The notes under the pieces were generated by a model. The model ran no database searches and was not told the origin of the DNA. It saw nothing but the letters and a program-made list of their open reading frames with translations. A program made the translations under genes and the position numbers. Positions 51,050 to 64,000 of a stretch of DNA of 64,000 nt are shown here, in pieces (position 1 is the stretch's first letter; every line of letters begins with the position of its first letter). This DNA comes from Felis catus (taxonomy: Eukaryota), in NCBI RefSeq assembly GCF_018350175.1, contig NC_058368.1:7688001-7752000 (forward strand). Reading direction: 5' to 3'.

Positions 51050-51765
51050 GGCTCAAAACCACAATGAGATATCATCTCACACCTTTCAGGGTGATTACTA
51101 TTTCACACAAAAAAGCGCGTCAGTGAGGATGCAGACAAATGGGAACCCTTTTGGTCCCAGTTTGGTTCCAGCACTTGGTAGGATTGTGCAATGGTGCATC
51201 TGCCCTAGAAAGCAGTGTGGCAGTTGCTCACAAAATTAAAAATAGTAGTGGCGTACGATACAGCAACCTCGCTTCTGGGTATACATCCAAAAGAAAAGCA
51301 GAGTTTGTTTTGGAGAGGGATTTGCACACCTATGTTCACAGCAGTACCACTCACAATAGCCAGAGACATTCATCACTATTCCTCAAGGGATGGATGGATA
51401 CACAAAATGTGGCACATACATACAACGGAGTATCCTATGTCTTAGAAAGAAAATAAATTCTGGATGAACCTTGAGGGCACTATGCTAAGTGATAGAGGCC
51501 AGGCAAAAAAAGACAGATGCTGTAGGATTCCACCTGTATGCGGTATCTAAAACCGCCACATTTATAGAAACAAAGTGGAGTGGAGGTTACCAAGGGCTAC
51601 GGGCGGGGGAAAACGGGAATTGTTTAGAATTTGGGCAGTTCTGCAAGATGAAAAGTTCTGGAGCTCTGTTTTGCATCAAAGTGAATTTACCTAACACTCT
51701 ACTGAACACTTACAAGTGATTAAGATGGCAAATTTTATGCTGCGTGTTTTATCACACATAAAAAT
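51050..51765 (+). mobile_element. Old L1 3' end
   Basis: aaaaccacaatgagatatcatctcacacc; peptide-like LLGIHPKE..ICTPMFTA. Confidence 0.85.
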
Positions 51766-52084
51766 CTATGAATCTCTTCCATATCTACTGTCACAGCACC
51801 TTTCAAATTCCTAATGGTGTCTGTTATGTTATTTACTAACAATACTTTAAAAGGTAGTAGAACAGAGAGAGAAACGAATGATCCAGAAGTGTACTGACCA
51901 ATGGATTATCACATAGGGAACCCATATAACCACTACCCAAGTCAAAAAATAAAACATCACTATTGTCCCAGAAGTCCTCTACATGTCCCCTCCCAAATGC
52001 CTTTCTCTCTCCTCCCTAAATATAGTCACCATACTGACTTTTAACACTACGGATTAGTTATGCCTGTTTTCAAACGTTTAGAAA

Positions 52085-53174
52085 ATGTTTATTGTTTATT
52101 TATTTATTATTATTCTTTTAATGTTTATTTTTGAGAGAAAGAGAGAGAGAGAGCTGGGAGGTGCAGAGACAGAGGGGGGCAGAGGATCTGAAATGGCCTC
52201 TGTGCTGACAGAAGACAGCCTGATGGCAGGGGCTCAAACTCACAAACCTCGAGATCATAACCTGAGCTGAAGTCACTCAACTGACTAAGCCACCCAGGCG
52301 CCCCCGTTTATTTAAGAGAGAAAGAGAAAGGTGGGGGGTCAGAGAGAGGGAGAATTCCAAGCACAAAACCCAATGAGAGGTCTGAACCCATGAACTGGGC
52401 TGAAATCCAAAGTTGGATGTGTAACCGACTGAGCCACCCAGGTGCCTGTTTTCAAACTTTTATAAACTTTAAAAAAATTTTGTTTTAAGTTTATTTATTT
52501 TGAGAGAGAGTGTGTGCAAGTGGGGAAGGGGCAGAGGGAGAGGGAAAAAGAGAATCCTAACCAGGCTCTGCACTGTCAGTGCAGGCTGATCTGGGGCTTG
52601 AACTCACAAACTAGAAGATCATGACCTGGGTTGAAGTCCGACGCTTAACCAACTGAGCCACCCAGGTGCCCTCAAACTTTTATAAACTTATATAAGTGGA
52701 ATCATATATAAGGTACTCTTTTTTTAAAAATTTTTAATGTTGATTTATTCTTGAGAGAGTGAGAGAGACAGAGCGTGAACGGGGGAGGGACAGAGAGAGA
52801 GAGAGGGAGACACAGAATCCGAAGCAGGCTCCAGGCTCCGAGCTGCCAGCGCAGAGCCCAATGCAGGGCTTGAATTCAAGAACTGCGAGATAGGACCTGA
52901 GCCGAAGTCGTACGCTTAACCAACTAAGCCACCCAGGCACCTCTCTACCATGTTGTTATTATTTTTTTTAACGTTTATTTATTTTTGAGACAGAGAGAGA
53001 CAGAGCATGAATGGGAGAGGGGCAGAGAGAGAGGGAGACACAGAATCGGAAACAGGCTCCAGGCTCTGAGCTGTCAGCACAGAGCCTGACGCGGGGCTCG
53101 AACTCACGGACCGTGAGATCATGACCTGAGCCGCAGTCGGACGCTTAACCGACCGAGCCACCCAGGCGCCCCCT
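52085..53174 (-). mobile_element. Stack of five co-oriented Can-SINEs
   Basis: Copies at ~52085-52305, 52310-52446, 52480-52671, 52720-52942 and 52955-53174. Confidence 0.88.
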
Positions 53175-53179
53175 CTACC

Positions 53180-55875
53180 ATGTTATTTTTAAGAAGCCTT
53201 ATTTTACTTTCAAATTTAAACCTATCATCTATTAAAGACATCCATCTGTATTTAAGTGAACCAGCATCATTTATTGAAAAAACTTTCTTCACTGGTCTAT
53301 AGTATATAGTCATACTCATACACAAACCCTACTTGGGTTTGATTAAAATCGCACCAAACTTATTTATCAGCTGGGGGAGGACTGACATCCTTATACTATT
53401 TCCAGTCTGTGACCTTGCTATATCTATTTATTTAGGTCTCCTTAATAATGAAATATGAATACATTGTATTATGAAGTCATGAAATAATAATAACTCATAT
53501 CTTACCTTTTAAAAGTTTTATATGTAAAGGTCTTGTGTACAGTTCATTAGAATTACTTCTAGGTATGATTGTATAAATGGTATCATTTAAAAATTTGTCA
53601 GTTTTCTAATTTTTGCTGATAGAGAAATACAAATGAATCGTCTACGGTGACCCTGTGTCCAGCAATAATCCAGAAGCATGTTTTCTAAGGATCTTTAGTT
53701 TTACTTCTTCCTTTCCAGTCCTTAATTCTCCTTCCTCCATTTTTGTGTCACTTAGGACCTCTGGGACCATGTTGGTGTGTACATGGTGGTCGTGAGCATC
53801 CATCCAAGTCGTGATTTCAGAGGGAAAATTTTTTAACAGTTCACCAATATGCTGTTTGCTATAGGTTGTTTGTTTGTTTTTTTTTAAGGATACCTATTAT
53901 AGATTAAATATGCTCCTTTCCATTCCTAGTTGCTATGGATTTTTAAAAATATCATGGGCATTAAATTGTATCAAATGTCCCCCAATTGTGTAAGGTCTAA
54001 TTTCTACAACCAAGCCCTTATTCTTTACACTCATACTGATTGTGCTTCTTTGATTGAACCCTGAAATATAGTTTTCTTCTTCTTCCTCCTCTTTTGAGAG
54101 AGAGAGAGAAAGAGAGAAGGCACATGCACATGAGCAGTAGAGGAAGAGGGAGAGAGAGGGAATCTTAAGCAGGCTTCGTGCCCAGCATGGAGCTCAGCAC
54201 CGAGCCTGACATGGGGCTTGATCTCATGACCCTGAGATCATGCCCTGAGCCGAAATCAAGAGTTGGATGCTGAACTGACTGAGCCACCCAGGCACCCCGA
54301 TAGTTTTCTTCTTAGTGCAATCCAAAAGTCTTGGTCTTTTTATTTTCCATCAACCTTATTTCCGTTTTCTGTTTAAGAGTCTGTGGAAGAACAGACAGTA
54401 TCGTTCCTCCTTCCAGTGGCCTGAGCAGTGGGAGTTGCAGACCAGTCTTCAGTGGCAGGCGGAACGTGCCAGGCTGCAGGAGGGAACCACTGGACAGGCG
54501 CAGAGGGCACCTGCACTGACTAGTCTGTGACCTTGGATTGAGTAGCAGTAAACCAGGGAGCGGGAACAGTCCATTTGCCCTGAGAGTCCTCCTTGGTCCT
54601 GGCCTTTTCAGGAGCAGCCTGCTCTTCCTTCTCAATCTCTTCAGGATGTCTCTAGAAGTAGACCTCAGGCTCTACCACCCACTAGGTCTGTTGTTGCACG
54701 GGATGGCAATGTCTGCATAGCACAGAGGAGAGTCTGTGTTACACAGGGCAATGGTAGGCAGGGCAACATAAGGCGCCTGTGTGAGAGGCTGGGACTGGCA
54801 ACTACCACAAATCTTGGCTCCTTTGAGACTGGATCTGGTCAATAAAGGTTCCAGGAGTGAAGCGGCCAGGAATAGGAGCAGATCCCATGGTGGCGGCCAA
54901 CTTCAGCGCAGCCTGGTGGCCAGTATTCCTGGCGGATGTGACATTGACATCAACAGTGGCTCAGGCTGCAAGCAGAAACTTCCCCCAGGTTCTCTTTGTA
55001 TTTGTGATGTAGACACCATCACTCTTCCTTTTGTAGATGTGCTAATCCATTTGGAGGTCAAGGCTGGTGCCACCTAAGCGGGTTCCTGCTGCCTTATGAA
55101 GACATCCTCCTCTTTCATCGGGGAGCACCCAAAGATCCGGAAGGATTGTGAAAGATTCCCTTTAAGTTACCACAGGAACCCAGAACAATGTCGTACGGAC
55201 CCTTATACAAGTAGCTTGGAAAGGCTGAAAGCCTTTGTCTTTTAATTGGAGCTTGAAGGTTTACATTTAATATATTTAAAGTTGTTTCCCATTTGTTCTG
55301 CTTATTCTGTGTCAATTTTTCTGTCTTTGTTTCTTTTGGGTCAAATACATGATTATTCCATTTCTTCTTGTATTAAGTTGATATATATTCTTACTTTTAG
55401 TAGTTATCCTAGAGGTTACAATATACATCTCTCACTAAATTACTACTGTTCTTTGAAAATGCAAGGAATTCAAGGTCCTTCACTTACATCCCCTATGATT
55501 TATGTGTTGTTTTCATGTCTTTTCATTCCACATCTATTTCAAACCTCACAGGGCACTGGTACTGTTTTATATGGTCCATATTCATTTGGTTTTACTCCTA
55601 TATTTCACCCTCTCTATCGCTCTTCATTTCTTCTATTTGAAATCCTTTAGTGCGGGTCTGCTAGGGACTAATTTTCTGACTTTTGTCTGAAAACGATTTC
55701 ATCTTCATTTTTAGAGAACATTTCTGGGGCGCCTGGGTGATTCAGTCAAGTGTCCGATTTCGGCTTAGGTCATGATCTCATGGTTCATGGGCTCAAGCCC
55801 CACGGGGGCTTTGCCCTCACAGCATGGAACCTGCTTTGGATTCTCTCTCTGCCCCTCCCCTGCTTGTGCTGTGTG

Positions 55876-55912
<37 letters not shown>

Positions 55913-57270
55913 ACTAAACATTAAGGGGTTCCTGGGTGGCTCAGTCAGTTAAGTGTCCGACTTTGGCTCAGGTCACGATTTCGTGGTCTGTGGGTTCCAG
56001 CTTGGCGTTGGGCTCTGCACTGACAGCTCAGAGCCTGGAGCCTGCTTTGGATTTTGTGTCTCCCTCTCTCTCTGCCCCTCCCCTGCTCATGCTCTGTCTC
56101 TCTCTCTCAAAAATAAACATTAAAAAAATTAAAAATAAACATTAAAAAAATATTTTCCTTGGACACTGTATTGTAGATTGGTAGTTATTTTCTCTAAGTG
56201 TTTTGAAGATAATATGTATATTTTTCTTCTTGCCATCATCAGACTTGCCAGGAGTGTATCTGTTTAAACCTTTTGATGTTCTCTATTTCATTAGTTTCAG
56301 TCTTTCCTTTATTACACACTCCCTTTTCTTCTTCTCAGTTCATTTTGTCCTTGTGTAAGTTTGTTACTATTCATTCTTTTTTAATAATGAAAGTACCTAA
56401 GCCTATGTATACATTTCTTCTTAGTATAGCAGTGTATCCTAGGCTTTAAGATGCAGTATGTACTCCTTTTCATTGACTTTTGGGTGTTATAATTTCAGTT
56501 TTCTTTTCTGTGGTCCTGGAAATATTTAGAAAAACATTTCTTACTTTCCAAGTAGGTGGGCTTTATGATCCTTTTTTTAGCATTGATTTCTAGTTATACT
56601 GGATTATAATCAGAAAATGTAGTCAGTAAAATCCCTTTTTAAAAAATGTTTATTTTGAGAGAGCGAGTGAGCAGGGGAGAGACAGAGGGGGAGAGAATCT
56701 CAAGCAGGCTCTACACTGTTGGCACAGGGAGTGACACCAGGTTCGATCCCACAAACTGTGAGATCATGACCTAAGATCAAAAGTCAGACACTTAACCGAC
56801 TGGGCCACACAGGCACCCCAAATCCCTATCTTTTGAAATGCAGTGTGGTTTATATTATGGCCAAGGGTATGTTTAATTTTTGTAAATCTTTCACGGTTAC
56901 ATGAAAAGAATATGTATTTTGGTAAGAGGGTATAAAGTTCTCTATTCGGCTAAAACAGAAGTCAGTTGATTATGTATTATTAATACATTAGTGTGTCCTT
57001 GCTTTTTTTGTCTATTTATGTTAAATTCCGAAAGAGGTTTATTAAACTCTACCGTTATAATTGTGTGTGTGCATGTGATTCAAACCAACTTTTGTATTGC
57101 TAAGTGTTTCTGCATTTTGGCATTCAATAGTATTATTTGGTGCATAAAAGTTTATTATTTTGTATTTGCCTTTTATCTGTACATAACATTCCTCTTTTTC
57201 ACACTTAGTATTTGGGCCTTAATTTTCTTTTCCCGAAATCAGTACTCTCATTCTTGCTTTTTGTTTTCAC
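53180..57270 (-). mobile_element. Very old fragmented L1 hosting the RPSA retrocopy and SINEs (54070-54298 -, 55726-56150 + pair, 56635-56819 -)
   Basis: Antisense L1-like motifs; an endonuclease N-terminus-like LNVN..APIKRQRL at ~55230-55275. Confidence 0.6.
54341..55227 (-). pseudogene. RPSA: Processed pseudogene of RPSA (40S ribosomal protein SA / 37-kDa laminin receptor)
   Basis: Intronless reverse-strand copy. It has an RPSA-like 5' UTR (GTAACTTAAAGGGAA..TTTCACAAT), decayed matches to [65 protein letters not shown] and ATEDWSA.PTAQAT, and a 3' UTR ending GGAAAATAAA. The start codon is lost and there are stops and indels. A degenerate 16-bp TSD sits at 54325-54340 / 55228-55243. Confidence 0.95.
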
Positions 57271-60200
57271 TTAGGCAAACATCAAAAATCCTAAATAAAC
57301 TGTAGTACCTAGACCCTTGCTCTATACTAGGTTATGTGAAGGGTTTGAACACACTTGTGCAAAAGACAAAGTTTCTTGCTTCCAGGAGCTTCCTCTTAAA
57401 TACCTAACCTTTGAAATAGTAAAACAAATTAACATAGAGCTGTCAGATTTAAAATTATAATAACGGGCACGTCACACATAGAAACATCCAAGTGACTTTC
57501 TGGAGTGGGGGGGCCGAATCAACAGGAAATGGTGGCAGAGGGCTTTGCTAAATTGCAGCCACTTCGGTAACGCTGGTGGTAGCTGTGGGGGATGATAAAA
57601 ATGACATACTTCCACAATCATGGTTATTTCCAAGGTACACTAATGTTAACGTGTTATAAGAAGGAGAGTATATAAGAATATTAGAAGGAATATAAGAAGG
57701 AGAGTCTTCAAGTCCTTTGAAAACTTGTCAAGAATGGTGGCAAACTGCTTTTTCCTACTACCAAGACTTAACACCTGCACACTATACACAAATGTACGCG
57801 TATGATGACATTGATGAAAGGCTACCTTGTCACAGATACACTAAAAAATCTTCCAAGATATCAGTGATTTGTAACTGCCACAGATCGGAAGACTTTTGTT
57901 GTTAGTCCACCAAAAAGTTGTCCAAACAAGGTTAACAATAGAAAGTTGCTAACAACCTAGCATAGAATTACAGAGCAGAACGTAAGATGACATTCGATTT
58001 TACAAATGTAGAAGAAATATATATGAAGGCAGTAAAATTCATTTCTGGGACTCAAAAATAGCCCTAACTTATCCACACGTAGTTTCCAGGCTGGTTGTCT
58101 TGGAGAATGTTTTAAACTGAGGCTGCGACCACTGACACAATCCCTACTTAGAAAATGTTAAGTTTTCCCAATTACTGGTACTTAACACAAATTAACATCA
58201 ACTTTAGCTCTTAGCAAACTGTTGCTGGAAAAACATTGCTGGAGGCCACCCAGACAAAATATAATTCTCACATTCTTTCCCAAAGTAAATATGATTTATG
58301 GATTATTTGCAGTTGTGGAGGTAATCTTCATAGCATGAAAATTACTTGAGTTGTCTGAAGGTTTATTTTTAGTAAAGGATACTCAAGAATGAACCCTTCC
58401 TATAGAGAGAGCCCTCCTCTAGACGTAGGAAGTCGCCTACAAAATGTTTTTGAAGAGATCTGAGAGAAAAATAAGACCCTAGAATAATTTTTAAAAAGCA
58501 AACACATTAGCCTATAAAATCAAACAAACACTTTCCTTGTGGAATACTTACTATAGTTACATGGGAACATTTTACACTTACCCTTTAATGATGTTCCATT
58601 GTTCTTAGGAAATTATTTTCAGCGTCAGTTTTTAAGCCACACAAGAACATTGGTTTTACTTATATTCACATCATTATTTTGAATCATAAAGGAGATGGTC
58701 CTGTTCAGTAATTTTTGCCATTTATGACGACTGGCTGTGATAAATTGTACCCAGTCTTCTCTTAAAAAATGAAGATTTGCTACCATGATATTCTAGAAAT
58801 GTGATTAGGGTGCGTAAGTACATCTCAAAAATGTGGTATAAGTTAGAATAAGTCTTGTTTTCACCAAGGTGACTACCTGGAAACCAATGCTCATTTAGAT
58901 TACCAGGTGAAGAAGAAAAACATTATTTCATCATTCCTCACAGTTCTTCCATCCACAAATGGGAATGTTGCTGCATTTGTAAACACAACCATGAAAGCAC
59001 ACGTAAATAATCTTGGAAGTTAGTCTCCCGATCAGTATGCAGTTATGGGTTTCAAAACCCCAGACTTGCTCAAGGGCTACCTTAACAGAGTATCCAAACG
59101 AATGAAACATGAACTTGAGGCATTTTAGTGAAGGATAAGGAGGGAATATATTTAATCCCAAGGTGGGCTAAAGGCAACAGTAAGAAGATCCAGAATGAGA
59201 GGACATAAACTCTACTGAGCTGATCATAGTTTAGGAGAAAAATCCTAGAACATGGCATTTTAAAGAGCCTAAGCTAATTTTGGGCAAGTCACAGAACCTT
59301 CGAGATCTTTTCAAAGTCTCAGGTTCCCAATATTAAAATAATATCCTCATTTTCACTATTTCACAGGAGAGTCGGGAAGAGAAATGGAAACCATGCCTGG
59401 CTGCTTCTGTAAGCAGTGAAACACTGTGGAATTTGAGACATCATTACAGTAATTGCCAGCCAGCGTCATCATCACGTAAGTAGAGGGATGTATGAGCGGT
59501 GCTAAAAGAAGGAACATCAAAGGTAGTAAGATATAAAGTTGTTAGAAGTAGAGTGCCTTCTACACAGAAAGGTGGTTAAAATTATTTTGTAAATGAAAAC
59601 TTGGTTTACTCAGTGGCAGAGAGATCATTCAATCCTCAGGACAGCTCCACAAAGTAGGTATTATTTCCATTTTAAAAATTAAGAAACTGAAGCTAAGAGG
59701 TTAAGAGACTTGCTAAGAGCCACATGGGTAGAACGTAGTAACAACCAGGTTTCAAACCAGTTATTTAAATTCCAAATCCAGTGTACTTTTGTGTCTCATT
59801 ACCATGGCGTTTTGTGTTCACAACACAAGCTTGAGCCTCAGAGGATTTCCGTGCACTGTATTAAATTTTAATAAATTGATCACTTGAAATGCATTTCACA
59901 GTATTTCTGCAAGACCTACCATGCGGGCAGCGCTGAACGGCAGAGGCAGAGGCAACACTAAAAAGGAGGAAGGAGAAAATGAGAGGAAAGGGTGACTGGG
60001 AGCCGAGCCAGGAGCGCAGCAAAGTTGTTATTGTTGTTGAATATTACACAGTATCCAATAAATTTGCTAATGAATATCAGCAGTGGCCCCGGTAAAAAAA
60101 AAAAGACTTTAACGTAGCAAGGTTAACGTCCCTTATTCTCGATTATTCTCAATTAAGGATGAATGGATACGAAGGGACTGGTGGTGGAAAGGGTGGTCCA

Positions 60201-61147
60201 AATAAATTGCCCCTGAAGAGAAGTTAGGACAAAAGAAGGTGAGGGTTGTCTTTCTTTAAAGTCAAATTTTAATTACAGAAGCTGGCATCCATTCTTCTTA
60301 TAAAATCTGGCCCATTACATATGAAGCTCAAGTCCCCTTTCATTACTGCTCCTAATCCCCATCCTGTTAGCAATGTAATGTGTATCCTTCCAGTCCTTTC
60401 TGTGCACATTTATATATGTCGTTGTAGGAAATGTATTTTATTTTACATAAAAGGTGTTATATTGCGTATTTATCTGCATTGTGACTTTTTCATTCAACAA
60501 CGGCTCCTGGAGAATAATGGCACTTATAGATCCCATCTCTGTATTTACGAACATTTAGGTGATTTCCAATTTCACTATTAACAACAGTGCCTCAAACGAA
60601 CATTGTGACGTATGCCTCCTTGGGCACAAAAGGGTCTTTCTAGGGGAGATACCAAGAGTGGCATTGTTGGGTCTTGGGTATGGATATTTGAAAATTTTGC
60701 CAAATTGCCCTCCAAAGTGGCTGTTATTAGTTATAACGCCCTCTTACCAGCAGTGTTTCTTTTCGGGGATTTTAAAAAACAAAAATGCTTTCGGTTCCGA
60801 TTACAAAAGGTTCACAACAGAAAGGAATGGATGCCTTAAGCATTATTTCGGTGTGAAACTTTACATAATCACACACTAGGAGGAGAGTCCGAGGAGATGC
60901 TGGGAGGAGATGCTGGATGGAGAACGCTAGACCCCTGAGGAAATATTAGGGGAGTTCAGGGCAGGAATGAAAGCATCGGTCCCAGATGGGAGAAGGGGCT
61001 CCTGTTCTAAGGACGTAGGCAGTGCTTTCTTTTCACGGCTGCATCAAGTAGAAAGCAAGGTAGAAGGTTGGCATGGGGACTGCAGAACGCAGACACATGT
61101 GAAAAGAGCAAGTTTTACGGGGGAAAGGAGAAGGCAGGTGCCTGGGA

Positions 61148-61423
61148 CAGTGTTTCTCAAAGTGTGTTTGAGGAACACGGACTCTGCCAGAGGAGTAGAC
61201 AAAAGAGTGCTCTGAAAAAAGTGGTAAGAAATAATTCGGTAAATTCTGCTAATTAAGTCCTGCTTTTAGAGAATTACAACATGTCAACATACTCGAGGCA
61301 CAAAGTTGTTCAACTCGGCATTTCCCATGGGAACCGTCTCAACACCAGACCCTTTCCTCTGTGTAAAGCCAGTTAACATACTGCTGAACCAATCTGCCGT
61401 GAAATACACTTTGGGAAACACTG
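61148..61423. mobile_element. hAT-Charlie-type MITE with terminal inverted repeats
   Basis: Left end cagtgtttctcaaagtgtgtt; right end aatacactttgggaaacactg (reverse complement cagtgtttcccaaagtgtatt). No intact 8-bp TSD. Confidence 0.75.
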
Positions 61424-63551
61424 GACGAGTGAAAATTTGAAGAAATGGACAACAAGTGAGTGTCCGGCTTGCCTTCACAAATTTATTTGAAAACCAAATG
61501 AAACTAAAAATACACAGAACAAGTGAATAAACATCCATGCACTCACCCTCAGAATTAAAAGGCTAAGAGTAAATTATAATAAATGTTAATGCTTATTTTT
61601 CTATTACGGACATATGTTCATGATACAAATTTGGGAACTAGAGGAAACAGAAGTGGTCATTCTACCACCTTAGGTAAAACCATTGTTAATGTTTTGAGGC
61701 AGTTCTTTGAATCTTTATTTCTATTAGTTTTTATTGTTTATATCATTATAATACAGCACATGCAATCTTCTTTCACGTTAAATATTTACATTTTACTCTA
61801 AGCACCATTGTACCTTTTCCTCGCTGTCTTTTTTAATGGCTGCATAATATTCCAAGCGAATAGTCCACTATTTATTCTCCTTGGTTTTAGAATTTACACT
61901 GTTAGCAGTTCTTTCTTTTTTAGCTTTGTATGTAATATCGCAATGATTACGTTACAGCATAAAACTCCTTACTTACATTTATTTTCCTAGGACTTATTTG
62001 CCAAGTGGAATAACAGTTACAAGGTAGTGTACATTTTGAAGGGTTTTGAAAAAATACTGCCTATTTGCTTTGAGGAGGCACGCAGAGAGGTTGTATTGTC
62101 GATGTATCAAAGTGCCTGTTTGCTGTGTCCCTCCAAATTTAATGCAGGTTTCAATTTGTTAGCACTGGTCCATTTTTTACAAATCCCAATTTGCCATTTA
62201 CCGCATTACCTATCCCCACTGTTTTTGCAACACATTGCCGATCTGCTAAATATGCTAGGCAGTAGATAACCTTTTTTGAAGAAACGTTCAGGACAGAGTC
62301 CAAAGGAAGATAGTAAAGACCATGTACGAATTTACCAATACTCTTCGGATATTGTTTAAAGCACTCCAATGGCAGCTTTAGCAACATTTCAATTATGACT
62401 AATCAAAGATACTCAAGTCACCTAACTAAAGTATCTTCGTCTACTTTTCTCCATCTTGTTCGCAATGATTTAATAGGAAACTCTGTCAAATGTGGTAGTG
62501 AGGGATGATTTACCTTTGGCATTTCCCCTCGGGATTCTCAGTAACTCTTGAGGACACAGGCTGTGTTTTACGTATTTTTGTTTATCATAGCCTAGCACAG
62601 AACTTGATACATAGATTCTCAATAAAGGTTTATTACAGTGATCTGCTTAATTTGGCGTGGATTTAATGAACCTAGGTTGTCTCAGCAGACACAGCTTTGC
62701 TTTCCAAGCAATCAGTAAATATATATGCTCATTTAGGAATGGCAAATGTGTGAATGGAAAGAGCACATGTTTTGTAATTAGAAGTCTTGAATTAAAAAAA
62801 AAAACAACACATTTTTTTAAGTAGTCTTCAAGCCTAGCATGAACCCCAACGCCAGGCTTAACCTCACGCCCTGATCAAGACCTGAGCTAAGATTAGAGTT
62901 GGACCTAGAAGTCCTGAATTGAAATCGTAGCTTTGAGATTTACAAGCTGGTAACTTTGTGTAAATCCACACCTTACTCAGTTTGTTCATCCACAAAATGG
63001 TGACAACCCACCTTCTTTACTTTTCTCATAGGGTTCTTATGAGAATCAAAATGTTTTTCTCTAAAGGGAAATCTGACCATGTCATTACGTGACTTTTTAA
63101 AACCCTGTCACAGCTTTCTCTTGCCCTCAAGAAAAAGTGAAATCCTTCAACATGTCACACGGAGACTTGCGCGATATGGTTCCTGTTCAATTCTCCACCG
63201 TCCTAACAATGAAAGCTCTCTTTCACAAGGCCTTCTGCACACGCTGCCTGCTTTGCCTGTGAAGCTCTTTTCCGCACCCTTCTACGTCGATTACTACTGG
63301 CCGCAATATTGCTAACAGCAATAGCTAAAATCTAACGAATTCTTACTAAGCGTGGGACACTTTACACACAGTAGCTTATACTTTATGAAGTAGATACTAT
63401 TATCATCATTTTGCTAATAAGGCACAGAGAAATGAAGTCACTTACCCAGAGTAACACAGCTCTTAAACCTCAGCACTGGCTTACAAACTCACTCCGTCTG
63501 CATTCAAAGCAGATGTTCTCAACGCCTGCTATTAGAGTTATCAACTTTCTA

Positions 63552-63775
63552 GGGGCGCCTGGGTGGCGCAGTCGGTTAAGCGTCCGACTTCAGCTCAGGT
63601 CACGATCTCACGGTCTGTGAGTTCGAGCCCCGCGTCAGGCTCTGGGCTGATGGCTCAGAGCCTGGAGCTTGTTTCCGATTCTGTGTCTCTCTCTCTGCCC
63701 CTCCCCCGTTCATGCTCTGTCTCTCTCTGTCCCCCAAAAAATAAATAAATAAAAACGTTGAAAGGAAAAAAAGAA
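63552..63775 (+). mobile_element. SINEC_Fc SINE
   Basis: Full body with TSD ttatcaactttct. A degenerate minus-strand SINE also lies at ~62810-62905. Confidence 0.9.
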
Positions 63776-64000
63776 TTATCAACTTTCTCCAGAAAGTCTA
63801 ACATCTTTAACATCCTCTTATAGCCAATGTGATAAGATTAACGCTGAAGACACAGGTTTATAATCGCCTGGGTACTTTACGCTTCCCCAACCAGAGGGAA
63901 AAGAATCCATTCGAACTCAGACAAGACTGCATCTCGTTTAGTTTTGTTTCTCCAGCTCTTGGCAGTTCCTGCTACGCATAATGGGCACCAATAAATATTT

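Noticed and set aside
54312..55077. ORFs over the RPSA copy as a functional retrogene
   Set aside because: The start codon is lost and there are in-frame stops (e.g. at 55042-55044) and several deletions.
57655..57706. Short imperfect tandem duplications (tataagaaggagagt; also ~18555-18580, ~21461-21500, ~60892-60916)
   Set aside because: Typical slippage micro-duplications with no sign of function.
3440..63775. Recurrent small ORFs (MAQSVKRPTSAQV..., GQRETEHERGRG...) suggesting a gene family or CRISPR-like array
   Set aside because: They are translations of dispersed Can-SINEs with polyA tails and TSDs. There is no regular repeat-spacer structure and the DNA is eukaryotic.
57300..64000. 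PAN3 or PAN3-AS1 exons expected from human synteny
   Set aside because: No second CpG island or recognisable PAN3 coding sequence is present in the window.

Overview
Mammalian genomic DNA from a carnivore, most likely a felid: it carries roughly 60 tRNA-derived Can-SINEs of the SINEC_Fc type plus carnivore L1s. The one recognisable gene is FLT3 on the minus strand. Its CpG-island promoter and exon 1 (MPAWARRGGRLPLL followed by a GT donor) lie at ~17.2-17.3 kb, so 1-17170 is FLT3 intron 1 and 17.3-64 kb is upstream DNA. PAN3 lies on that side in human, but no PAN3 sequence is visible here. The rest is interspersed repeats (SINEs, nested L1 fragments, MLT1/MER21-type LTRs, hAT transposons), an RPSA processed pseudogene (54.3-55.2 kb, minus) and a few repeat-poor stretches with haematopoietic TF motif clusters. 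Apart from the FLT3 start and decayed L1/RPSA frames, the ORF track is artefact. I found no convincing new biological system. The most notable oddities are apparent gene conversion between two inverted L1 ends, a SINE+L1 unit under one target-site duplication (TSD), an L1 with its RT core deleted in frame, a 58-bp dispersed duplication in FLT3 intron 1 and a possible short L1 3' transduction. Repeat family names are from recognition, not a database search, and repeat boundaries are approximate.
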